DNA of 52,586 nucleotides from Chlorokybus atmophyticus (lineage: Eukaryota; Plantae; Mesostigma and Chlorokybus algae). The DNA lies in contig RHPI01002990.1 in NCBI GenBank assembly GCA_009103225.1, positions 494,781-547,366 on the forward strand, given 5' to 3'. The notes beneath the pieces were generated by a model. The model did not search any database and was not told where the DNA came from. It saw only the letters and a program-made list of their open reading frames with translations. This document shows, piece after piece, positions 1 through 12,032 of the stretch (position 1 is the first letter of the stretch; each line of letters opens with the position of its first letter). The position numbers and the translations under genes are program-made.

Positions 1-282
1 GGGGAAGGTACACATGGAAAAGATTGATACGGCAACGGGCGCATTGATACATGTTGGTCATGTTGCTTGCAGGCATGTTTTGCACGGTATCACTTGAATT
101 GGCACCCGTCAGTGTACGCAACTACTGCGATAGTGTTGGCCAGAACTCGCAGCGCAACGGACCTCGGTTGCACAACACGTGCACAAACACTCTTATTCTT
201 GCGACCATTGTGCAGAGGGGTTGGAGAGCAAATATAGGGTCCATTCTGTCTGTCTTCATGGTGGTGGTTGTCCCATGTGCAG

Positions 283-535
283 CATTGGAGCCTTTTGGCC
301 CTGCAGGACTTCACCCGGGAATGGCACCATGTCATGCCAGCCCCCCTTCAACATATCAAACAGCACCCATGCTCTTCATCATTCGAGGCACACAGGTGAT
401 TCAAGTAACGAAGGGTCTGATGGCGAACGAGTCCACATATCGCATGGCACGGTGCACGGGCAAGAGTGTTGATTGACTTCTTCTTCTTCATGGCAGTCAG
501 ATCTTTCAAGGATTGGGTCACCATAACAGGGTTGC
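283..535 (+). pseudogene. Degenerate SnoaL-like paralogue (remnants of exons 3-4)
   Basis: ccctgcaggacttcacccgggaatggcaccatgtcatg, gatggcgaacgagtccac and caaggattgggtcac match exons 3-4 of the intact gene at 2946-3859, with indels and frameshifts. Confidence 0.8.
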
Positions 536-1252
536 CAAAAGGCAAGCTTGCGCACATCGCACATATCATCTTGAAGTTGACGTGCGTGCGTGCGTGCGTG
601 CGCGGGTGCGTGGCATGCTACCGCACTTCACACGCATCGGGAGACGTGTGGCACATTCAACACATTAAAAATAGTGCCGACGAGGTGGCGAAGCAACATG
701 CACTATGTGGGGCATCAAGCACCCCGCTTTTTGTGATGAGTTGCGTGCGCGGGCGCGTGGGTGTCAGCAGCAATGGCGTGTGAGAGAGAGAAACCGCGCG
801 TGATGTGGTGTGCATGGTGACAGTAGCACACATGCGGGAAAACGTGCTCGTTGTTTGTGTCGATGTCGTTGAACAGAGTTGTCATTGACGGAGTCGGGAC
901 GCGACACGTTGTTTTGGCCAAGAGTCAGCGAAGTGTGACACGCCGTATTGGTGGTGTTGTTGTTTGAGCCTCTGGCTGCATGCGCTGTACATGACAAACA
1001 CCGTGACGGCAGCGCACGGAAAAGTCATCCATACACATGATGAGTCTATACAGCACATGTGTGCACACACGCGCCATCCCACCCTCCCCCCGCAGGCACA
1101 CCCCCACACTCATCCAGAGGCACACAGTGTGCATGCGCACAGTGTCGCATGCATGACAGCGCCCGCACTCATTAAACGCTTTACGCGAAGAGTAGTCTCA
1201 AAACACACAACCTGCTAACACTGTGCCGCGGTTGTGGGTGCAACCTGCAGTC

Positions 1253-1286
<34 letters not shown>

Positions 1287-1290
1287 CGCG
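1253..1290. repeat. (TG)13(CG)6 alternating purine-pyrimidine microsatellite
   Basis: Read directly from the sequence. Confidence 0.95.
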
Positions 1291-1339
1291 CCTTGGATGA
1301 CGAACAGCATGGATGATGGTTTTTGTTACGTTGTCCGCA

Positions 1340-1585
1340 GGATGTTGCCAGTCCTGGATAAAGTCCTGCCGGGCCAAAGGCTATAATGCTGCACATGGGA
1401 CAATCAGCATGAAGGACAGACAGCATTGATTTCACGTTGTTGTTGTGTGCCTGGTTTCCAGCCTCCAACACAATGGTCGCACGACCACAACTGTGTGTGT
1501 GCACGTGTCGTGTACAACGCAGTCACTCACCGATGACGTCCGTGGACAGGAGGTGGCCGAGGTCCGTTCCCGACAATATGGCGTA
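1340..1585 (-). pseudogene. Highly diverged SnoaL-like paralogue (remnants of exons 2-3)
   Basis: The minus strand gives YAILSGTDLGHLLSTDVI followed by a GTGAG donor, matching YEMVWAGTRSVKDLDRLLSEDFI|GTGAG in the intact gene. The segment gtcccatgtgcagcattatagcctttggcccggcaggacttt matches the copy at about 270-320, including the same internal deletion. Confidence 0.65.
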
Positions 1586-2945
1586 GCCGCGCACACATGC
1601 ACGCAAGCAACATGACCAGCGTGTGTCAGTGCACCTTTTCCGTTGGTATGTACTTGGCTCGCAGCAACACTGCATCTGATGATCAGTGTTCATCGTGGAG
1701 CCTGTGTGGAGGTGATGCACGCAATACATAACAATGCCTCGCTCTCACTCAGACTTACCCCTTTCGACCAGAGCACAGCACAACCACACTCCACACCTCT
1801 CCCTCCGTGACAACCATGCTGCTCCAACACCTATTGTTTTGTGAGTCAGTCTCTCTACCCGCAGGCACTGGGTTAGAAAGACTGCCTCTGTTGTGCAACC
1901 TTTGTCAAGGCAGTCAGGCAAGCCGCAAGCTGTGTGAGTATCTCTCAACACCCAAGGCATTTCGTTGAGACCGACGGCAAGGAGAGGCGTGTGCGTGTGC
2001 GTGTGCGTGTTGACAGGGGCAAGAGTGCGTAAGCCACTCTCGTGTAATGGACGCTTGTGACGACACGCACCGGATGAGTATGCCAATGCTGTTGTTGTTG
2101 TTGTTCGTCGTGACGATGCGAGGGCATGCAATCCGGGACACGCGCGACCCATGTTGTTGGATGGAGGCTGGTGTATGAGAAACGGTTCTTGCTGGAGCTT
2201 GAGTTGCGCTTGTGCATGCGCGTGCGTGCGTGCCGTTGCTTGCGCTTGTGCGACATCAATGCTTGTGTTGGCTATGGTCACTCGAGACACCCACGTATTC
2301 TATTGCAAGAGTTTCATGCACGTACCTGCGGCAGACACACGCTTGAAACGCATTGGCACGCAAACCCACCCAATAGGTCTGCAAGTTACTCAAAGGTCAT
2401 TGGCTTCAAATCTTGCCCACATCAAGCCAACTACCAAAGGCTTGCATGACTTGTATGCTGGCAGAAAGGAAGGGAGAAGAGAGGGCAGCACTTTCAATCC
2501 CTGTAAGTGTGAATGTGGGCAGGGCACGCATTAACGCCCCAAATTCATCATATGCAATGTGTGGCCGCAGTGTGCATCGCATGCCGTAGCTATTTATACA
2601 TTGGACATTGTTGTTGTGGTATCGTGCAATGTTCACGCATACAGTGCACGAAACGCATTTGTTGGAGCAGGGCAAGTGGATATACTTGCTAACACTGTGT
2701 GCTTAAATGCACATGTGCGTGTGCAGTTACAACATGAATCACAACTGAACAACAGTCATGTTGCAATGCACAGCGTCTGACATCAATGCACCCAACACAG
2801 GCCGCGCGATTCCTAATGACACACACATCAGCACAAACGTACCGCCCACCACAGTAACTCTACACATAGAGTCACTTGACATACACACGGGCGAAGGCTA
2901 GTGTGTGTTTGACGGCGTGGTCATTTCTTCTTGGGGGGGGGATGT

Positions 2946-3859
2946 TCACTTGTCAAGCATGTTGCTGAAGAACCCCCCTCCGCCGTGCCCGCGCTCGTCA
3001 TCAAAGTACGCGGGATGCTTAACCTTCCCCTGCATCTGCTTCAGAACGTAGTCGCCATCGTAGCAGTTCTCAGTGCGGCAGATCTCCCCCTGTGTGTACG
3101 AACGTGTGAGTGTGCACGGGCGCATAAACTCACAACACTACCGCTCTGTTTCTGTATCTCGAAGCTCTCTCACCTGGTCGTTGTATGTCTGTTTCTCGCA
3201 TCCTGAGACTGTGACCCAATCCTTGGAGGCTTTCATGCCCTGGAAGTCGTTCATCATCTTGCCGCGCATAGTGTAACCGACCGTGGACTCGTTCGCCATG
3301 GGACCCTCCATCATCTCATACCTGCGTTCGCGTGTGCTTGTATATATGTATGCGTGTGATGGAGAGTAGTATGATTGTTCCTTACGATATGTTGAAGGGT
3401 TGCATGACATGGTGCCACTCCCGGATGAAGTCTTGTAGGGCTTTGCGGCCCTTGATGGGCTCATTCTTGGGGGCCAAAGGCTGCATCGCTGCCACAGCAG
3501 ACACACATACTCTTGTGTTAGTGGTCTCGTACACTTAGGCCAGTCTTGACACAACAATTGTAGATACAACGACACACTCACAGATGAAGTCCTCGGAGAG
3601 GAGACGGTCGAGGTCCTTCACGCTGCGGGTGCCGGCCCACACCATCTCGTAGTCGCGCACGTTGTCCGGGGTATGCCGCGCCTGTGCATGTATGCGTGCG
3701 TGTGAGCGTGTGTGTCACAGGTGGCCATATGCATTGGATGGTGCAATAGTATGCACAGTGCCTTGAAGCCCTGAAAAAGCAACATCTCTTCTTGCCAATG
3801 CATACCTTGAACTCGCCCTTGCGCATCTCAGCAAAGCCGTGCATCTGAGGAGTATTCAT
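2946..3859 (-). CDS. SnoaL-like / NTF2-fold (polyketide or ester cyclase-like) protein, 182 aa, 5 exons
   Basis: Exons 3859-3806, 3681-3582, 3488-3386, 3321-3174 and 3089-2946 join through GT-AG introns into a stop-free 549-nt frame: MNTPQMHGFAEMRKGEFKARHTPDNVRDYEMVWAGTRSVKDLDRLLSEDFI...IKGRKALQDFIREWHHVM...KDWVTVSGCEKQTYNDQGEICRTENCYDG. The pattern W..DL..LL.EDF / G...L..F / V...G......N..G.I is typical of SnoaL-like domains. Confidence 0.8.
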
Positions 3860-3978
3860 CCTGACGTCTGGGGTGGAAGAGGAGATACCAAACACAAACC
3901 CCCTCTCACGCTCTCTCACGCTCACTCCCCTCTCCTTGGATCACAACTGTCCACACACAGTCCACATGTCTCTGCCCC

Positions 3979-3987
3979 CATATATAG
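3979..3987 (-). promoter_or_regulatory. Putative TATA box of the SnoaL-like gene
   Basis: TATATAT lies about 120 bp upstream of the ATG. A TATAA sits at the homologous position (9359-9363) in the paralogous block. Confidence 0.45.
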
Positions 3988-4599
3988 CTGCCACTACACC
4001 AACCTGTACAGTCTCTGTGCTGTCCGTATACACACTTGCTCGACTGACACTCCCTTAGTCACAGCCTTGTCATCCAAGACACAGGCAGTGTAAGACTACC
4101 CGTACTAATGACACAGGAGGAATCGTCAGTAGCCTGTGACAGCTTCATATATGCATGACCACGCACGCACAGATGCAGATGTTGCAACTGATCAAACCTA
4201 CCATATACATTTACTACTGTAGCTCCCAAGGCACAATGGTTAGCGAAGCGTCCCCAGGACATACAATACAGTAAGGAGTGGCGGGACTGGCAGGAGGAGT
4301 CAGCATGATGGGACTGTGTGCCAAGTCCAAAACGGAGAAAACAAACAGTTTGCATGCCTAAATTCAGAACAGATGCGCACGCGCAGTCACACCCATCGCA
4401 ATGGACATGCTGCCACATGCATGCATCCCATACACCACAACTCTCTCGATTTTTCTCTCTCCCCTTTCTGACCAAGCACCACGTTCAGCCATGGCAAATA
4501 CATAGGCCTAGCGAGGCCCAGAACTCTCTGTCAATGACGGAACGTTCCCTCGCTTGAGCATCAGAATCATCATAGTTCAAACCAACAGGCCAGCTTTCT

Positions 4600-5170
4600 T
4601 TCCGTTAGGCCTCCACCGCTTCCGCGTCGTCCATGGCGGCGGCGGCGGCGGCCCGCGGCCTGCCGTGCACTTTGCTGGTCGCGCCCGCCACCAGGCGCGG
4701 CGGTGGAGGCGGCGGCAGGGGTGTCGCNNNNNNNNNNNNNNNNNNNNNNNNNNNNNNNNNNNNNNNNNNNNNNNNNNNNNNNNNNNNNNNNNNNNNNNNN
4801 NNNNNNNNNNNNNNNNNNNNNNNNNNNNNNNNNNNNNNNNNNNNNNNNNNNNNNNNNNGGAGTTTACTTGATGCAATGTGGGAGTGTTGCGTCAAGTGTT
4901 GTGACATGGGGATTGTGTAACATACTAGTCTCCAAGTTCTCATTTGTCCTGTTTGTTTTGGTACTGGAACGAGCTGGCCTTCACACAGCTTTGCTATACT
5001 GTTGGAGTGAGGGTGTAGCAGCGTTTCCCAATGTCTTGTATACTGTGCAAGAGCGGTTGTTGTTCAGGGTTTCGTTGAGGTATAAGCAGGGTACGCTTCG
5101 CACGCATGCTCTGCTATGCATGCCAATGCGCGGGAGAGAGCATGGTAGACAATGCATGCATCTGCAACAA
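4600..5170. repeat. Segmental block Y, an inverted diverged copy of 11300-11790
   Basis: Both copies share ccATGgcggcggcggcg, gagtttac...atgcaatgtgggagtg and ttgctat...cagcgtttc...tgtgcaag...agggtttc...ataagcag. This copy is interrupted by an N gap. Confidence 0.75.
4728..4858. other. Assembly gap
   Basis: Run of N. Confidence 1.
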
Positions 5171-5546
5171 TAGCGACGCATGCTTCAACCATCGGCCAAC
5201 AGCTGACATATGCTTATCCAACCAACCCCAACCACAAACAATCTCCCCCCCCACCACCACCACCCCCACACGCACAGACAAAAAGAAATAAACAACGACG
5301 AAAATACGCACACACAACTACTCCCCTAACGGTACGCATGTTTTCTATGAGCAGTTGTGCGCTAGTCCCACATGCGCTAGCGTTATTCTGCATGCGTGGT
5401 ACACCATGTGTGTACACGTGCTTTGCATCGCATGCATCCGTACTCTGAGATTCCGGATTTGGCTTTCCCATGCATGTGTGAGCGCGCATATATATGTGCA
5501 GTCGTGCATGCTGCATGTTGTGGGTACCAATCTTGCTCCTCACCAG

Positions 5547-8500
5547 GTGGTGCGCCCGGCCCCAAGACGAACAACCACAACAAGAAGAAGAAGATCAAGA
5601 CCGCCCCTTCTTCACTGCTACCTCAACCCCCCTCCCCCTCCCCCTCCCCCTCCCACAATCACCCACACCCTCCCCACAACACTCCCCACCCTCACCTCAT
5701 CACCACTCGCCCCAACACCCACCCCAACAACCTCCCACTCACACTCCCTCACCGCCCCACCTTTATACACACTCTCCACCACCTCCACCTCCTCCTCTTC
5801 ATGCAATGAGCCATACGGTCTCCTCCCTTGCTCCACCTCCACTCCCGGCAACGCCTTCTTGCTCCTAGTCTACTCTTACATCCTCTTCAGCGCAGCTCGC
5901 TTGATCTCCACCGGCAGTGAACTATTACTAGAGGTCTTAGATGCAGGTCTCATAGGTGGACTCCTCCTCCCCGTGTTGGGTGCCTTACCTGATGCACTCC
6001 TCGTGCTCGTGTCCGGGCTGGCCGGGGACGTGGTTGAGGCCCAGGAGGAGGTGCTTGTGGGGGTGGGGGTACTGGCGGGGAGCAGCGTGTTGCTGTTGTC
6101 GGTGGCGTGGGGGGCGGCGCTCGTGGCGGGGAGGTGTGATATGGTGGGGGTGGGCGGGGGGGAGGGTGCGAGGATGGTGGCGAAGGAAGGGACGATGACC
6201 AAGAAGTGGTGGGAGTTGAATGGGACTGGCGTGACCACGGATGAACAGACAAAGTGAGAGGGACTTTGAGTGTTTACGTGCGGCAATTGGCTATGCTGTT
6301 CTGTGTGTACCTTAACAATCCTCATGTTGTTGTAGGGTTGGGGCGAGGATAATGATGCTTTCGACTCTGCCTTTCCTGATCGTGCAAGTGCCGCTGCTGG
6401 ATGGTATTTGTTTGCGTGCAAGTGTGCACATGTGCGTGCATATGTCTGTACGTGCGTGTATACGCACACGCGCGTGCGGGCATGTGCTCACCGCCGTGAG
6501 CTTGTGTGCGTGTGTGCATGTATCCTGAACACGTGCTGAGTGTGCTTTTGGCCTGTTGTGTGTGCATCGTTCTGACAAGCATTGTGCAGGGCACCCGGCG
6601 GAAGGCCCCGAAGCTGCTCTCATTGGGGCCATTGTGTGCGGCCTTGGACTCATTGCCTACTGCACATACCAGGCACGCACACACACTCACATGCATACAC
6701 ATACACACACATCATGTACCAGGCACACACGCACATATGCGCGTTCTCATACCACTCTCACTTACTACTACTCTACCACCATGACAGCAATAGCAGTTAA
6801 CCACCAATTACACACAACATCCGGCCTCCCTCCCTAGGTGGCTAGCCCCTGGCTCCAGCAGAAGAAGATCGAGGAGGCCCGTCTCCAATACGTCCGCGCC
6901 CGCACCCTCACCGGCATGCAACAACTAACACGCACCCTCTCCCTCTCCCCCACCCCCGCCACCCCCACCACCCACGCCTGGTCCGAGTCCACCCTCTCCG
7001 CCGTCTTCTCCAAATTCGACGAGGACAACGACTCCCACCTCTCCCGCGGTGAACTACGCACACTCATCGTCGCGTTGGGTATAGAGAGAGAGGGATACGT
7101 CCCCTCGGATGACCAGATAGCTGCCTGGATGAGGGAGTTTGACGCGGACGCGGACGGCAGGATATCGAAGGAAGAGTTTGCGAGGGGGATGGCGGAGTGG
7201 AGTGAGAAGGTGGAGGAGGAGGTGAAGAAGAGGAGGAGAGGGAAGGAGTTGGCGATGTCGGCAAGGGGGGATGCTTCTATGGGAGTGGAAGGGGGGGATG
7301 GTTCGTCGGCTTTCTGGGCTTCGAGCACGACGGAGGCTAAAAGGGTGAGGTGGTGATAACTGGGTAGTGTGGCGTACAGCGTGGCCACGGGCTGTGCGTA
7401 TGTGACTTTCACTTTCATATTGTCAGCGTTTTGGTGGTTTGATGCGTCAAGGTTTCGTGTGCTCACACTGCGACATACATGCACGCACACGTGAGACACG
7501 CACAAGGAGACACAGACACACGCGCACACACGCGTTCACGTGCGTGTTCAATAGTGCTCACGAGTACACTACATGCACCAACGTCGTGTTGCATCAACTG
7601 AGTCAGTATGAATCCACATACTCCTCTCTCCAGGTGTTGGAGCTCCTGCTGCAAGAGGAGAGCGGAACTGCGGAGGGCGATGAGAGCGGCGACGGCGAGG
7701 GCGAGGGCGAGCGGTCTTCCCCGTCCACCCCCACGCAGATATACCGCAAAGCCGCAGCCTACCTCGTCGCCGGCTCCGCACTCGTCGCGTTCTTTGCGGA
7801 TCCCATGGTGGACACCATTGGGTAGGTTGCCGTTGTTGTCGTTGTTGGCATCGCCAATCACTCGTTGTCCACGGCAGTGGTCGTAACATCAATGATTGTG
7901 CATGCATGTGTACACATGCTTGCGAGCGCGCGTGCATGTGTGAGAGTCCTGATGTGCGTGTGTACGCAGGAACTTTGCGGAGGCGGTGGGTGTGCCGGCA
8001 TTCTTCGTGGCGTTCGTGGTGACGCCCTTTGCGTCCAACGCCAGCGAACTTGTGTCCGCGGTGCTGTTCGCCAAGAAGAAGCGCAAGCGCAACATATCCC
8101 TCACATACAGCTCTGTAAGCATTGGATATGTGGAGCAGCAACTCCCATTATTATAGGGACTGAACACCGCACTTGGGCACAGTTACTTGCGTATCTTCTT
8201 ACTGTGTATGTTGCAAGAACTCGTACACACACACGCACACACGCACACATGAACGCACGCCCTTTTTGCCTCATGATAGCGTCTTCACTAACACATGTGC
8301 CTCATGGCAGCTGTATGGTGCGGTGACGATGAACAACACGCTGTGCCTGGGGGTGTTTCTCGTGGTGGTGTACGCGCGTGGCCTCACGTGGGACTTCAGC
8401 AGCGAGGCCTCCGCCGTCGTCGCCGTCACGTTCGCCGTCGGCGCCCTCGCCGCCACGCGCACAACCTTCCCAGCCACCCTCACCGGTAGAGTTGTGTGTA

Positions 8501-8652
8501 TGTGTGTTTGTGTGTCACTCACGTTCATCATGGTTGTAGGCAAATGGCATCAGCTCAGATGATTGCTCTTGTGTCCAGGGCCTGCTTTGGCGCTGTACCC
8601 GGCGGCGCTCGGGCTTGTGGCGTTTCTGGACTACGTGTTGGGGTGGCAGTAG
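5547..8652 (+). CDS. NCL: EF-hand-containing cation/Ca2+ exchanger (NCL / EF-CAX family); 5' end uncertain
   Basis: Motifs CNEPYGLLPCST..GNAFLLLVY..GSELLLEVL..GGLLLPVLGALPDA..LAGSSVLLLS, EF-hands DEDNDSHLSRGE and DADADGRISKEE, alpha-2 repeat TPFASNASELVS, LYGAVTMNNTLCL and the C-terminus LDYVLGWQ* match plant NCL. At least 8 exons; one GC-AG intron (donor 6673). A possible upstream exon lies at 5152-5331. Confidence 0.92.
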
Positions 8653-9488
8653 CAGTTGTTGTTGGGATGATGATGACGAGGAAGTGTCATGTTGGGAGAT
8701 CAACAACAAAGGGGAGAGGCATCACAATGATGTCGTTGTGATGCCACTCCTCTCTCAAAGTTGACTACTCACGTCAGCGTGGGTCACTGGTTGGGTGAGT
8801 GTTTTGTGGACAAGCTTGCTAGTAGTAGTCTGAGGCACACAAACACGATATACATTATATGTTGCTTTGATCACTCTGGACACGTGTGTCAACCCCCTCA
8901 CTATGTTCCCTGTTTGGGTTGTCACGGTGTGACTGTGTGCATCAGTTCAACCTTACGCAACTCAAACTTGATGAAGCAGATGTGACCTGTGTCTGCGATT
9001 TTTTGTGTGCTAAAGTCCCTCACTCTAGTCGCGAAGGGTGTGGCTGTGTGCATGTCACAACGGTTTGGCAGATGTGACCTGTGGTTTTTCTTTGGTAGTG
9101 TTGCATGCCCCACAGTCCGATGCTGACTCCTCAATTCTGCCAGTCCCATCACTCTTGCTGTACTGACCTGGCTACAGTAAGCCTTTAACCTCATATAAGC
9201 ATTGAGCCAGGCTACCTACCATCACATCTGTGTCATCAAGAGTATCAGCCTGCCTATGTCTGGCATGACGAGGCTCTGATTGAAGAGGATGTCAGTGCAA
9301 AGACTGGGTGCATCCACACAGCACAGTTGCTGTACAGCTTGGTGTAGTAGCAGCTGTGTATAAGGGGTAGCGAAGCTTAGAGTGTGTGTGTGGAGTTGTG
9401 AGCCAAGGTGAGGTGAGCGTGAGAGAGTGCGTGAGAGAGTTGAGAGAGGTTTGGTGCTGGTATCTTCTCCTCCTCCCCAGACGCCAGG

Positions 9489-10474
9489 ATGAATACTCCT
9501 TAGATGCACGGCTTTGCTGAATTGCGCAACGGTGAGATGAAGGTATCAACTGGCCAAAAATGTGTTTGCTTTGCATGGCCAAGGCACTGTGTGTTATTAC
9601 ACCATCCGACGGACATGGCCACTTGTCGTGCACATACGCACACGCACGCACGCACGCGCACGTGCATGTGTGCCCAGCCTCGCCACACCCCGGACAACGT
9701 GCGCGACTGAGTATTGGTGTGGGTCAGCACCCGCAGCGTGAATCTCTCTCATTAAAGCGTGAAGGACCTCAATCGCCTACTCTCAGAGGACTTCATCTGT
9801 GAGAGTGTACATACAATGCGAAACGGCAATGTGTGTGTGTGTGTCTTTCTATACATTGTCAAGACTTGTGCAAATGGCACACAAGGCCACTCACGCATTA
9901 CTGTGTGGCAGCGTTGCAGCCTCTGGCCCCCCAAGAATGAGCCCATCAAGGGACGCAAAGCCCTGCAGGACTGCGTCCAGGAGTGGCACCATGTCATGCA
10001 GCCCTTCAACTTGTCGTAAACACTATGCTAGCATCGGACACAAGGACGTGCCGCACACACACAGCCACACAGCCACATACACACACGCAGGTATGAGATG
10101 ATGGAGGGTCCGATGGCGAACGAGTCCACCCTCGGATGGACACTTCGTGGCAAAATGACGAACGACTTCCCGGGCATCAAAGCATCCAAGGATTGGGTCA
10201 CAGTCTCTGGCTGCGAGTAACAGACCTACAATGACCCGGCAGGTGATGATCAAACAGATCAGATCAGTTGTGAGTGATATGCAAACATGTGATATGCACA
10301 TACACATACGCACATGCATACACGCAGGGGGAGATTTGTCGCGCTGAGAATTGCTATGATGGGGACTACGTGCTGAAGCAGATGCAGGGCAAGGTCAAAC
10401 ACCCAGCATGTTTTTATGACGAGCGCGAGCGCGGGCACGGCGGGGGGGTCTTCAGCAACATGCTTGAAAAATGA
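9489..10474 (+). pseudogene. Full-length SnoaL-like pseudogene
   Basis: Same 5-exon structure as 2946-3859, with premature stops TAG 9501 (CAG in the intact copy), TGA 9708 and TAA 10218 (AAA in the intact copy), plus a 21-bp insertion at 9735-9763. Confidence 0.9.
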
Positions 10475-12032
10475 AGGGAATGAGGATGACGACGATGTCA
10501 ACACTGCCAACAAACATTAGCTGTGTGTGTGTGTGTGTATAGCAACTGTGCGTACAGTGACTGTGGTGGCGTTGTTTTGTGCTGATTTGTGTGCTGGTGA
10601 GTCGTTAGGGAAGGCGCAGCCTGTGTTCTTAGAGTGCTTTGTTTTGTAAGTCCAATTGTGAACGTTGTGCATGACAACAGATGGATTGGCCAGTTCTGAG
10701 TCAACTTGCGTGACTGCACACGCACACACACGTGCATACAAGCACACAGTGTTTGGAGTTACATACTTGCTTTCTCTTGCCTTGCACCTGCACAGTGCAA
10801 TGCGTGCTGGAATGGAATTTGCACAATGACATCAACACGATGATGGTCATCGTGGGCACGGCATGGCATGTGAACAGTGTTCACACTGCCATGTATTGCC
10901 ATGCGCACACTCTGGAGCAACCACGCATCACGTATGATCACTTCGGGGCACTCTTGCGGGCCTGCCACACATCTTACACAGACTGTTTGAAGCTGCGGCT
11001 GCCTTCTCTCCCTTTGTCCAGCATACAATATTGAGGGAAGACCTGCGTAGCTTGCTTGATAAGGAATGTGTGACCTTCTGGTCTGAACGTATTGTGGGTA
11101 TGTGTGCCAGTGTCGCTCTCTTAATGTGTACAGCACGTGAACACTTACTTCACTCAGCTCTGCGTGTGTCATGCCACCACTGCTATCTCACACACGCACA
11201 CACACGCGTGCACACACACATACACCAGCAACACAAGACCCAGCAAGAGCAACATGAACTGTGTTCATACATGAGCCCCCAGCCTTGCACTCATAGGGTA
11301 TTCACCGCAATGCATGCACACGTCTGACATGCGCCTTATCACGCGCATTGACACATGCATGATAGAGCGTGCGTGCAAAGCGTGCACTGCTTATCAGTGA
11401 AACCCTCAACAAGCATCAACTTGCACAACATGCACGACATCACGAAACGCTGTACCCCACACCAACTGCATAGCAAGGCAAGTGCGATGGGCAGCTGTTA
11501 TCAACACTAGAAGGACACATGACAAACACACAAAACTGCTGTGTTACTCCCCTAAAATAACACTCGACACAAGCACTCCCACATTGCATGGAGTAAACTC
11601 TCCCCATGGCAAGCGTTCCCAACGCACCCTTCCCACGACGTTCTCCCCAGCGAACCCGCGCCTGCTGCCGCCGCTTCTCCTGGAGATGAGCGCAGCGCAG
11701 CGCAGCGCAGCGCAGTAGGATGACGTTCCCATTGCCGCCGCCGCCGCCGCCGCCATGGACGACGAGGCGGATGAAGCCTGCTGGGTTGGCAAGAGTGAGA
11801 GAATCCTCTCTCGGACGGTTTGCAGCACGGGGAAATGTCCAGGCCTAATGAAAACGTTGCGGTGAGACAGACACCGTTTCACCTCTGCCAAACTCTGAGT
11901 GCGTTGATTTGGGCGTGATTGTTATAGTCTCCCCCAGGGGAGGAGGTAAAACACCACTCCACTTCACTATTATCTTGAAGTCAATAAAGTCCTTCAACAT
12001 TGGAATGGCAACTGTGTTAAAAAGTAGTTGTA

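Larger units (their letters stand above)
2400..4340. repeat. Segmental block X (promoter, SnoaL gene, downstream region), an inverted diverged copy of 9090-11040
   Basis: Colinear similarity in promoter, exons, introns and downstream sequence, e.g. cacagtcccatcatgctgactcctcctgccagtccc versus cacagtccgatgctgactcctcaattctgccagtccc. Confidence 0.85.

Noticed and set aside
560-2300. Many ORFs rich in His/Thr/Cys/Val/Ala here and in introns throughout the window
   Set aside because: They are translation products of CA/TG/GCAT-rich intronic and intergenic low-complexity sequence.
9501-9503. TAG aligned to CAG (Gln) in the paralogue, suggesting TAR-to-Gln recoding as in some ulvophyte algae
   Set aside because: The same copy has a TGA and a TAA opposite Lys. 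Conserved genes (gamma-COP, ELP3, XPF) show no in-frame TAA/TAG, and several genes end in TAA or TAG. This is a pseudogene in the standard code.
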